DNA of 64,000 bases from Veleropilina oligotropha. Taxonomy: Eukaryota. A program made the translations under genes and the position numbers. The stretch covers positions 124,001 through 188,000 of the forward strand of contig JBEUKZ010000123.1 of NCBI GenBank assembly GCA_048128005.1, in the 5' to 3' direction. A model generated the notes under the pieces. The model searched no databases, was not told where the DNA came from, and saw only the letters and a program-made list of their open reading frames with translations. This document shows positions 52,701-64,000 of the stretch, piece by piece (the first letter of the stretch is position 1; every line of letters starts with the position of its first letter).

Positions 52701-55700
52701 TTTTGATCGAAATTTTGTTTTGACCTAATTTAAAATATCTACGCTGTAGGATCAGTCTACGCCCAGTAGTTCTCGAGATATGTCCATTTTAAAAATTATT
52801 TTGGCGGCCATTTTGTTTTTTTAATCGAAATATTTTTTTGACCTAATTTAAAATATCTAAGCTCTAGGATCAGTTTTAACCTAGTTAGCCCCTTTTATGA
52901 CCAGATATGGCCATTTTAAAAATTATTTTGGCGGCCATTTTGTTTTTTTTGATCGAAATTTTTTTTTGACCTAATTTAAAATATCTAAGCTGTAGGATCA
53001 GTCTACGCCCAGTAGTTCTCGAGATATGGCCAATTTAAAAATTATTTTGGCGGCCATTTTGTTTTTTTTTAATCTAAATTTTGTTTTGACCTAATTTAAA
53101 ATATCTAAGCTCTAGGATCAGTTTTAACCTAGTTAGCCCCTTTTATGACCATTTTCTATGGTCCAAATAGGCAAACTAAGATTTTTCCTCAATTAGGTCA
53201 TTTAGAGCAATGTAGGTCATCTGAGGTCAAAGGTCAAGGTGGATTTGGAATACCCACCCATGACTTCCCATAGGCTCCCTATAGTACCCATGTCTCTAAT
53301 TTCATTATTTAACTTTTTTTTTAAATTATTTAAATTTGTAAAATTTTAATTCAAAATTGCCGCCGGCTAAAGTCGAAATTCAAAAATCCGCTCTTATATC
53401 ACTCTAGACAATAAGTGCTGGTATATAAATATGTAAATCATGCAGCTCCGGGTTCATTATTGACAAAGTTATTCCAGGGTTTGATATTATGACGTAATTC
53501 AAGATGGCCGCCAGACTACTAGCGCCACCTATCTGATAAACCGCGCCACACAACTTCAGTATGGTATGATCATAGATGATGACTAACAATTAAGCAGCTA
53601 TAGCGGTAATTGAGCTACGGCCGCCACAAAATCGTCCGGAATAATAATAATAATAATAATAGAGATCGGAATAAAAACAATAGGTCTTCAAGCCTGAAGT
53701 GCTTGAAGCCCTAATTAAAGCTGCTAGCAGCTGTGCAGGGCTTCAAGTTAGAGCCATGTTATCGCATTAATTAGTTGAACACAAAACACACCTAAAATTT
53801 TTAGATTTTTTTTAAATTTTATTTAAATTTAAAAAAAAAAAAAGTTTTTCGATTTTTTTTATTATTTCCACTCAAAATATCTAAGCTCTAGCATCAATAT
53901 TAACCGAGTTGGCCATTTCGTGACCATTTTCTGGCAAAAATAGGGCGTTCCCCTTAATTAGGTCATTTACTGCAATGTAGGTCAACTGAGGTCAAAGGTC
54001 AAGGTCACATGTGAAAGATGAACCATGACTTCCCATAGGCTCCCCATAGTAACTATGTGTCTGCGGTGCATCCTTTTTGATATATTGCCACTTGAAACAA
54101 ATGCTTTAATGGCCGGCGAGGCACTTCCTGTTTTTCGATTTTATCACGTAAATTTGATAAATGGCGACTACAGACATCAATAGTAGTTCTCTTGAACCAC
54201 TATGGGCACACATGTATGCATTTTTCCTTAATTAGGTAATTTCCTGCAATGTAGGTCACCTGAGGTCGAAGGTCAAGGTCATTTTCGAAAGCCCACCCAT
54301 GACTTCCCATAGGCTCCCCATAGTAACCATGGGTCTACGTTGCATCATTTCCACGATATAGCCATTTTAAATTGATTTCAGTATGGCTGAAAATTTAAAA
54401 TGTTCAAATGGAGATATCTCGAAAAGTACGTGGCGTACGAACCTGAAATTTGCGGCATTCGATTCAGAATTATAATATAAATATAAAAAAATGAAGAAAA
54501 ATATTTTTTGTAAAAGTTTAAATTTTTTTAAATTTAAAAAAAAAATTAATGAAATATTTTTTTCATTTTATAATGTGCATATGGCCACTCTGAATCGAAT
54601 GGCCAGTAGTTTCATAATTCTACGCCCAGTAGTTCTCGAGATCTGGCCATTTTAAAAATTATTTTGGCGGCCATTTTGTTTTTTTTGTTCGAAAATTTTT
54701 TTTGACCTAATTTAAAATATCTAAGCTCTAGGATCAGTTTTAACCTAGTTAGCCCCTTTTATGACCATTTTCTATGGCCCAAATAGGCAAACTAAGATTT
54801 TTCCTTAATTAGGTCATTTAGAGCAATGTAGGTCATCTGAGGTCAAAGGTCAAGGTGGATTTGGAATACCCACCCATGACTTCCCATAGGCTCCCTATAG
54901 TACCCATGTCTCTAATTCCATTATTTAAATTTTTTTTTAAATTATTTCAATTTGTAAAATTTTAATTCAAAATTGCCGCCGGCTAAAGTCGAAATTCAAA
55001 AATCCGCTCTTATATCACTCTAGACAATAAGTGCTGGTATATAAATATGTAAATCATGCAGCTCCGGGTTCATTATTAACAAAGTTATTCCAGGGTTTGA
55101 TATTATGACGTAATTCAAGATGGCCGCCAGACTACTAGCGCCACCTATCTGATAAACCGCGCCACACAACTTCAGTATGGTATGATCATAGATGATGACT
55201 AACAATTAAGCAGCTATAGCGGTTATTGAGCTACGGCCGACACAAAATCGTCCGGAATAATAATAATAAGAATTAAAGCTGCTAGCAGCTGTGCAGGGCT
55301 TCAAGTTAGAGCCATGTTATCGCATTAATTAGTTGAACACAAAACACACCTTTTCTGCTCATTTAGTCAATAATTGTCAGCAGTAAGTCTACCCACTATC
55401 GGCACATATATGCGTTCTTTCCTTAATATGTCAATTATAGCAGCGTAGGTCACATGAGGTCAAAGTCGCGATGAAATTTGAAAGTTCACCCATGATTCCC
55501 ATAGGCTTCATACTGTAACTATGTGTCTATGATGCACCATTTAAAAAAACAATTAATGAAATATTTTTTTCATTTTATAATATGCATATGGCCACTCTGA
55601 ATCGAATGGCCAGTAGTTTCATAATGCTACGCCCAGTAGTTCTCGAGATATGGCCATTTTAAAAATTATTTTGGCGGCCATTTTGTTTTTTTTGATCGAA

Positions 55701-57507
55701 ATTGTTTTTTGACCTAATTTAAAATATCTACGCTGTAGGATCATTCTACGCCCAGTAGTTCTCGAGATATGTCCATTTTAAAAATTATTTTGGCGGCCAT
55801 TTTGTTTTTTTAATCGAAATATTTTTTTGACCTAATTTAAAATATCTAAGCTCTAGGATCAGTTTTAACCTAGTTAGCCCCTTTTATGACCAGATATGGC
55901 CATTTTAAAAATTATTTTGGCGGCCATTTTGTTTTTTTTGATCGAAATTGTTTTTTGACCTAATTTAAAATATCTAAGCTGTAGGATCAGTCTACGCCCA
56001 GTAGTTCTCGAGATATGGCCAATTTAAAAATTATTTTGGCGGCCATTTTTTTTTTTTTTAATCGAAATTTTGTTTTGACCAAATTTAAAATATCTAAGCT
56101 CTAGGATCAGTTTTAACCTAGTTAGCCCCTTTTATGACCATTTTCTATGGTTCAAATAGGCAAACTAAGATTTTTCCTCAATTAGGTCATTTAGAGCAAT
56201 GTAGGTCATCTGAGGTCAAAGGTCAAGGTGGATTTGGAATACCCACCCATGACTTCCCATAGGCTCCCTATAGTACCCATGTCTCTAATTTCATTATTTA
56301 ACTTTTTTTTTAAATTATTTCAATTTGTAAAATTTTAATTCAAAATTGCCGCCGGCTAAAGTCGAAATTCAAAAATCCGCTCTTATATCACTCTAGACAA
56401 TAAGTGCTGGTATATAAATATGTAAATCATGCAGCTCCGGGTTCATTATTGACAAAGTTATTCCAGGGTTTGATATTATGACGTAATTCAAGATGGCCGC
56501 CAGACTACTAGCGCCACCTATCTGATAAACCGCGCCACACAACTTCAGTATGGTATGATCATAGATGATGACTAACAATTAAGCAGCTATAGCGGTAATT
56601 GAGCTACGGCCGCCACAAAATCGTCCGGAATAATAATAATAATAATTAAATTTAAAATGTTCAAATGGAGATATCTCGAAAAGTACGTGGCGTACGAACC
56701 TGAAATTTGCGGCATTCGATTCAGAATTATAATATAAATATACAAAAATGAAGAAAAATAATTTTTGTACAAGTTTAAATTTTTTTAAATTTAAAAAAAA
56801 AATTAATGAAATATTTTTTCATTTTATAATATGCATATGGCCACTCTGAATCGAATGGCCAGTAGTTTCATAATTCTACGCCCAGTAGTTCTCGAGATCT
56901 GGCCTTTTTAAAAATTATTTTGGCGGCCATTTTGTTTTTTTATCGAAATTTTTTTTTGACCTAATTTAAAATATCTAAGCTCTAGGATCAGTTTTAACCT
57001 AGTTAGCCCCTTTTATGACCATTTTCTATGGCCCAAATAGGCAACCTAAGATTTTTCCTTAATTAGGTCATTTAGAGCAATGTAGGTCATCTGAGGTCAA
57101 AGGTCAAGGTGGATTTGGAATACCCACCCATGACTTCCCATAGGCTCCCTATAGTACCCATGTCTCTAATTCCATTATTTAAATTTTTTTTTAATTATTT
57201 CAATTTGTAAAATTTTAATTCAAAATTGCCGCCGGCTAAAGTCGAAATTCAAAAATCCGCTCTTATATCACTCTAGACAATAAGTGCTGGTATATAAATA
57301 TGTAAATCATGCAGCTCCTGGTTCATTATTAACAAAGTTATTCCAGGGTTTGATATTATGACGTAATTCAAGATGGCCGCCAGACTACTAGCGCCACCTA
57401 TCTGATAAACCGCGCCACACAACTTCAGTATGGTATGATCATAGATGATGACTAACAATTAAGCAGCTATAGCGGTTATTGAGCTACGGCCGTTACAAAA
57501 TCGTCCG

Positions 57508-57544
<37 letters not shown>

Positions 57545-60500
57545 TAAAGCTGCTAGCAGCTGTGCAGGGCTTCAAGTTAGAGCCATGTTATCGCATTAAT
57601 TATTTGAACACAAAACACACCTAAATTTTTTAGATTTTTTTTAAATTTTATTTAAATTTTTTTAATTGAAAGTTTTTCGAATTTTTTTATTATTTCCATT
57701 CAAAATAGCTAAGCTCTAGCATCAATATTAACCGAGTTGGACATTTCGTGACCATTTTCTTGCAAAAATAGGGCGTTTCCCTTAATTAGGTCATTTACTG
57801 CAATGTAGGTCAACTGAGGTCAAAGGTCAAGGTCACATGTGAAAGATGAACCATGACTTCCCATAGTAACTATGTGTCTGCGGTGCATCCTTTTTGATAT
57901 ATTGCCACTTGAAACAAATGCTTTAATGTCCGGCGAGGCACTTCCTGTTTTTCGATTTTATCACGTAAATTTGATAAATGTCGACTACAGACATCAATAG
58001 TAGTTCAATTCAACCACTATGGGCACACATGTATGCATTTTTCCTTAATTAGGTCATTTCCTGCAATGTAGGTCACCTGAGGTCAAAGGTCAAGGTCATT
58101 TTCGAAAGCCCACCCATGACTTCCCATAGGCTCCCCATAGTAACCATGGGTCTACGTTGCATCATTTCCAAGATATAGCCATTTTAAATTTTTTTTTAAA
58201 AATTTGTTTTTTTTAAATCGAATTTTTTTATTATTTCCATTCAAAATATCTAAGCTCTAGCATCAATATTAACCGAGTTGGCCATTTCGTGACCATTTCC
58301 TGGCAAAAATAGGGCGTTTTTCTTAATTAGGTCATTTACTGCAATGTAGGTCAACTGAGGTCAAAGGTCAAGGTCACATGTGAAAGATGAACCATGACTT
58401 CCCATAGGCTCCCCATAGTAACTATGTGTCTGCGGTGCATCCTTTTTGATATATTGCCACTTGGAAAAAATGCTTTAATGGCCGCCGAGGCACTTCCTGT
58501 TTTTCGATTTTATCACGTAAATTTGATAAATGTCGACTACAGACATCAATAGTAGTTCAATTCAACCACTATGGGCACACATGTATGCATTTTTCCTTAA
58601 TTACGTCATTTCCTGCAATGTAGGTCACCTGAGGTCAAAGGTCAAGGTCATTTTCGAAAGCCCACCCATGACTTCCCATAGGCTCCCCATAGTAACCATG
58701 GGTCTACGTTGCATCATTTCCAAGATATAGCCATTTTAAATTTTCTTTTTAAAAATTGTTTTTTTTAAATCGAATTTTTTTATTATTTCCATTCAAAATA
58801 TCTAAGCTCTAGCATCAATATTAACCGAGTTGGCCATTTCGTGACCATTTCCTGGCAAAAATAGGGCGTTTTTCTTAATTAGGTCATTTACTGCAATGTA
58901 GGTCAACTGAGGTCAAAGGTCAAGGTCACATGTGAAAGATGAACCATGACTTCCCATAGGCTCCCCATAGTAACTATGTGTCTGCGGTGCATCCTTTTTG
59001 ATATAATGCCACTTGAAAAAAATGCTTTAATGGCCGCCGAGGCACTACCTGTTTTTCGATTTTATCACGTAAATTTGATAAATGTCGACTACAGACATCA
59101 ATAGTAGTTCAATTCAACCACTATGGGCACACATGTATGCATTTTTCCTTAATTAGGTCATTTCCTGCAATGTAGGTCACCTGAGGTCAAAGGTCAAGGT
59201 CATTTTCGAAAGCCCACCCATGACTTCCCATAGGCTCCCCATAGTAACCATGGGTCTACGTTGCATCATTTCCAAGATATAGCCATTTTAAATTTATTTC
59301 AGTATGGCCGCCGATTAAATTAAAAATTCAAAAATCCACTCTGATGACATTTTTGACAAACGACTCTGGCATCCGAATATACTAATCATGTCCCTCTAGG
59401 TTAAAAATTAACAAAGTTATAAAAGAAGCTAGTTTATGACGTAATCCAAGATGGCCGCCAGACCACTAGCGCCACCTACCTGATAAACTGCGCCACACTA
59501 CTTCAGTATGGTATGATCATACATGGCGACTAATAATTAAGCAGCTATAGCGGTTATTGAGCTACGGCCGCTACAAAATCGTCCGGAATAATAATAAGAA
59601 TAAGAAGAAGAATAATAGAAATTCTAATAAAAACAATAGGTCTTCAGCCTGAAGTGCTTGAAGCCCTAATAATAATAGAGAACGGAATAAAACCAATAGG
59701 TCTTCAAGCCTGAAGTGCTTGAAGCCCTAATTAAAGCTGCTAGCAGCTGTGCAGGGCTTCAAGTTAGAGCCATGTTATCGCATTAATTAGTGAACAAAAA
59801 AAAACACCTAAATTTTTTAGAATTTTTTTAAATTTTATTTAAGTTTTTCGAATTTTTTTATTATTTCCATTCAAAATATCTAAGCTCTAGCATCAATATT
59901 AACCGAGTTGGCCATTTCGTGACCATTTTCTGGCAAAAATAGGGCGTTTCCCTTAATTAGGTCATTTACTGCAATGTAGGTCAACTGAGGTCAAAGGTCA
60001 AGGTCACATGTGAAAGATGAACCATGACTTCCCATAGGCTCCCCATAGTAACTATGTGTCTGCGGTGCATCCTTTTTGATATATTGCCACTTGAAACAAA
60101 TGCTTTAATGGCCGGCGAGGCACTTCCTGTTTTTCGATTTTATCACGTAAATTTGATAAATGTCGACTACAGACATCAATAGTAGTTCTCTTGAACCACT
60201 ATGGGCACACATGTATGCATTTTTCCTTAATTAGGTCATTTCCTGCAATGTAGGTCACCTGAGGTCGAAGGTCAAGGTCATTTTCGAAAGCCCACCCATG
60301 ACTTCCCATAGGCTCCCCATAGTAACCATGGGTCTACGTTGCATCATTTCCACGATATAGCCATTTTAAATTGATTTCAGTATGGCTGAAAATTTAAAAT
60401 GTTCAAATGGAGATATCTCGAAAAGTACGTGGCGTACGAACCTGAAATTTGCGGCATTCGATTCAGAATTATAATATAAATATACAAAAATGAAGAAATT

Positions 60501-63500
60501 TTTTTTTGTAAAAGTTTAATTTTTTTTAAATTTAAAAAAAAAATTAATGAAATATTTTTTTCATTTTATAATATGCATATGGCCACTCTGAACCGAATGG
60601 CCAGTAGTTTCATAATTCTACGCCCAGTAGTTCTCGAGATCTGGCCATTTTAAAAATTATTGTGGCGGCCATTTTGTTTTTTTTGATCGAATTTTTTTTT
60701 GACCTAATTTAAAATATCTAAGCTCTAGGATCAGTTTTAACCTAGTTAGCCCCTTTTATGACCATTTTCTATGGCCCAAATAGGCAAACTAAGATTTTTC
60801 CTTAATTAGGTCATTTAGAGCAAAGTAGGTCATCTGAGGTCAAAGGTCAAGGTGGATTTGGAACACCCACCCATGACTTCCCATAGGCTCCCTATAGTAC
60901 CCATGTCTCAAATTCCATTATTTAAATTTTTTTTTTAATTATTTTAATTTGTAAAATTTTAATTCAAAATTGCCGCTGGCTCAAGTCGAAATTCAAAAAT
61001 CCGCTCTTATATCACTCTAGACAATAAGTGCTGGTATATAAATATGTAAATCATGCAGCTACGGGTTCATTATTAACAAAGTTATTCCAGGGTTTGATAT
61101 TATGACGTAATTCAAGATGGCCGCCAGACCACTAGCGCCACCTATCTGATAAACCGCGCCACACAACTTCAGTATGGTATGATCATAGATGATGACTAAC
61201 AATTAAGCAGCTATAGCGGTTATTGAGCTACGGCCGACACAAAATCGTCCGGAATAATAATAATAATAATTAAAGCTGCTAGCAGCTATGCAGGGCTTCA
61301 AGTTAGAGCCATGTTATCGCATTAATTAGTTGAACACAAAACACCTTTTCTGCTCATTTAGTCAATAAGTGTCAGCAGTAAGTCTACCCACTATCGGCAC
61401 ATATATGCGTTCTTTCCTTAATATGTCAATTATAGCAGCGTAGGTCACATGAGGTCAAAGTCGCGATGAAATTTGAAAGTTCACCCATGATTCCCATAGG
61501 CTTCATACTGTAACTGTGTGTCTATGATGCACCATTTAAAAAAAAAATTAATGAAATATTTTGTTCATTTTATAATATGCATATGGCCACTCTGAATCGA
61601 ATGGCCAGTAGTTTCATAATTCAACGCCCAGTAGTTCTCGAGATATGGCCATTTTAAAAATCTTAGCTCTAGGATCAGTTTTAACCTAGTTAGCCCCTTT
61701 TATGACCAGATATGGCCATTTTAAAAATTATTTTGGCGGCCATTTTGTTTTTTTTGATCGAAATTTTTTGTTGACCCAATTTAAAATATCTAAGCTGTAG
61801 GATCAGTCTACGCCCAGTAGTTCTCGAGATATGGCCATTTTAAAAATTATTTTGGCGGCCATTTTTTTTTTTTAATAGAAATTTTTTTTTGACCTAATTT
61901 AAAATATCTAAGCTCTAGGATCAGTTTTAACCTAGTTAGCCCCTTTTATGACCATTTTCTATGGCCCAAATAGGCAAACTAAGATTTTTCCTTAATTAGG
62001 TCATTTAGAGCAATGTAGGTCATCTGAGGTCAAAGGTCAAGGTGGATTTGGAATACCCACCCATGACTTCCCATAGGCTCCCTATAGTACCCATGTCTCT
62101 AATTCCATTATTTAAATTTTTTTTAAATTATTTCAATTTGTAAAATTTTAATTCAAAATTGCCGCCGGCTAAAGTCGAAATTCAAAAATCCGCTCTTATA
62201 TCACTCTAGACAATAAGTGCTGGTATATAAATATGTAAATCATGCAGCTCCGGGTTCATTATTAACAAAGTTATTCCAGGGTTTGATATTATGACGTAAT
62301 TCAAGATGGCCGCCAGACTACTAGCGCCACCTATCTGATAAACCGCGCCACACAACTTCAGTATGGTATGATCATAGATGATGACTAACAATTAAGCAGC
62401 TATAGCGGTTATTGAGCTACGGCCGACACAAAATCGTCCGGAATAATAATAATAAGAAGAATTAAAGCTGCTAGCAGCTGTGCAGGGCTTCAAGTTAGAG
62501 CCATGTTATCGCATTAATTAGTTGAACACAAAACACACCTAAATTTTTTAGAATTTTTTTAAATTTTAAATGTTTTTGAAAGTTTGAAATTGAAAGTTTT
62601 TCGATTTTTTTTATTATTTCCATTCAAAATATCTAAGCTCTAGCATCAATATTAACCGAGTTGGCCATTTCGTGACCATTTTCTGGCAAAAAAAGGGCGT
62701 TTCCCTTAATTAGGTCATTTACTGCAATGTAGGTTAACTGAGGTCAAAGGTCAATGTCACATGTGAAAGATGAACCATGACTTCCCATAGGCTCCCCATA
62801 GTAAGTATGTGTCTGCGGTGCATACTTTTTGATATATTGCCACTTGAAATTTTATTTTTTATTTTTTTTTTAAATTGAAAGTTTTTCGAATTTTTTTATT
62901 ATTTACATTCAAAATATCTAAGCTCTAGCATCAATATTAACCGAGTTGGCCATTTCGTGAACATTTTCTGGCAAAAATAGGGCGTTTCCCTTAATTAGGT
63001 CATTTACTGCAATGTAGGTCAACTGAGGTCAAAGGTCAAGGTCACATGTGAAAGATGAACCATGACTTCCCATAGGCTCCCCATAGTAACTATGTGTCTG
63101 CGGTGCATCCTTTTTGATATATTGCCACTTGAAACAAATGCTTTAATGGCTGGCGAGGCACTTCCTGTTTTTCGATTTTATCACGTAAATTTGATAAATG
63201 TCGACTACAGACATCAATAGTAGTTCTCTTGAACCACTATGGGCACATCCTTTTTTGATATATTGCCACTTGAAACAAATGCTTTAATGGCTGGCGAGGC
63301 ACTTCCCGTTTTTCGATTTTATCACGTAAATTTGATAAATGTCGACTACAGACATCAATAGTAGTTCTCTTGAACCACTATGGGCACACATGTATGCATT
63401 TTTCCTTAATTAGGCCATTTCCTGCAATGTAGGTCACCTGAGTCCAAAGGTCAAGGTCATTTTCGAAAGCCCACCCATGACTTCCCATAGGCTCCCCATA

Positions 63501-64000
63501 GTAACCATGGGTCTACGTTGCATCATTTCCAAGATTTAGCCATTTTAAATTGATTTCAGTATGGCCGCCGGTTAAATTTAAAATGTTCAAATGGAGATAT
63601 CTCGAAAAGTACGTGGCGTACGAACCTGAAATTTGCGGCATTCGATTCAGAATTATAATATAAATATACAAAAATGAAGAAAAATAATTTTTGTAAAAGT
63701 TTAATTTTTTTTAAATTTAAAAAAAAATTAATGAAATTTGTTTTTCATTTTATAATATGCATATGGCCACTCTGAATCGAATGGCCAGTAGTTTCATGAT
63801 TCTACGCCCAGTAGTTCTCGAGATCTGGCCATTTTACAAATTATTTTGGCGGCCATTTTGTTTTTTTTGATCGAAATTTTTTTTTGACCTAATTTAAAAT
63901 ATCTAAGCTCTAGGATCAGTTTTAACCTAGTTAGCCCCTTTTATGACCATTTTCTATGGTCCAAATAGGCAAACTAAGATTTTTCCTTAATTAGGTCATT

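Larger units (their letters stand above)
25168..64000 (-). mobile_element. Nested/tandem array of non-autonomous Helentron-like elements, running off the window end
   Basis: 24 tails (T)TAAAGCTGCkAGCAGCT..AGGGCTyCAA at 25168, 26375, 27933, 28621, 29567, 30255, 31201, 31889, 32897, 34275, 38483, 40754, 42403, 43942, 45134, 47136, 48571, 50701, 53715, 55273, 57544, 59731, 61270 and 62462. 14 heads ending TTGrAGCCCTAA. Bodies are mostly 0.9-2.1 kb and end in (AAT)n. The subterminal repeat + inverted repeat + microsatellite + hairpin layout matches the intronic HINEs. Strand follows the DINE-1/HINE convention. Confidence 0.8.

Noticed and set aside
27680..62391. Recurring 61-aa minus-strand ORF (MLVIIYDHTILKLCGAVYQ...) and other short ORFs in the array
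   Set aside because: They come from repeated non-coding modules, start at non-ATG or chance codons, have no recognisable domain, and are disrupted in some copies (for example near 43730).
25168..64000. Simple tandem satellite, rDNA, histone or snRNA cluster, or telomeric repeat
   Set aside because: There is no fixed period, no RNA gene or histone sequence and no TTAGGG runs. Units have transposon-like termini and variable order.

Overview
Animal genomic DNA; the repeat types suggest a marine invertebrate, but the species cannot be identified from this window. Bases 1-17.5 kb hold the last 14 coding exons of a + strand peroxidasin (PXDN) gene: four Ig domains, a haem peroxidase domain, a furin site, a coiled coil and a VWC domain. 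The exons splice GT-AG into one frame of about 1,237 codons; the signal peptide and LRR exons lie upstream of the window. Introns and the 3' flank carry SINEs, MITEs, Helentron-type non-autonomous elements (HINEs) with internal tandem repeats, an RTE LINE remnant, and a three-level HINE>SINE>piggyBac nest. From 25,168 to the window end (at least 38.8 kb) is an array that looks like a satellite but parses as co-oriented non-autonomous Helentron-like elements. Each has a hairpin/subterminal-repeat 'tail', a modular body, an (AAT)n tract and an inverted-repeat 'head'. The elements appear to insert into each other's (AAT)n tracts: 24 tails and 14 heads, with heads piled in stacks of up to four. 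The array also shows head-to-tail junctions, truncations at internal TTAAA sites, a captured ~480-bp cargo present three times, and non-colinear reuse of whole blocks. This self-targeting nested array is the most interesting system in the window. No transposase or RepHel gene is present, so the mechanism is inferred.
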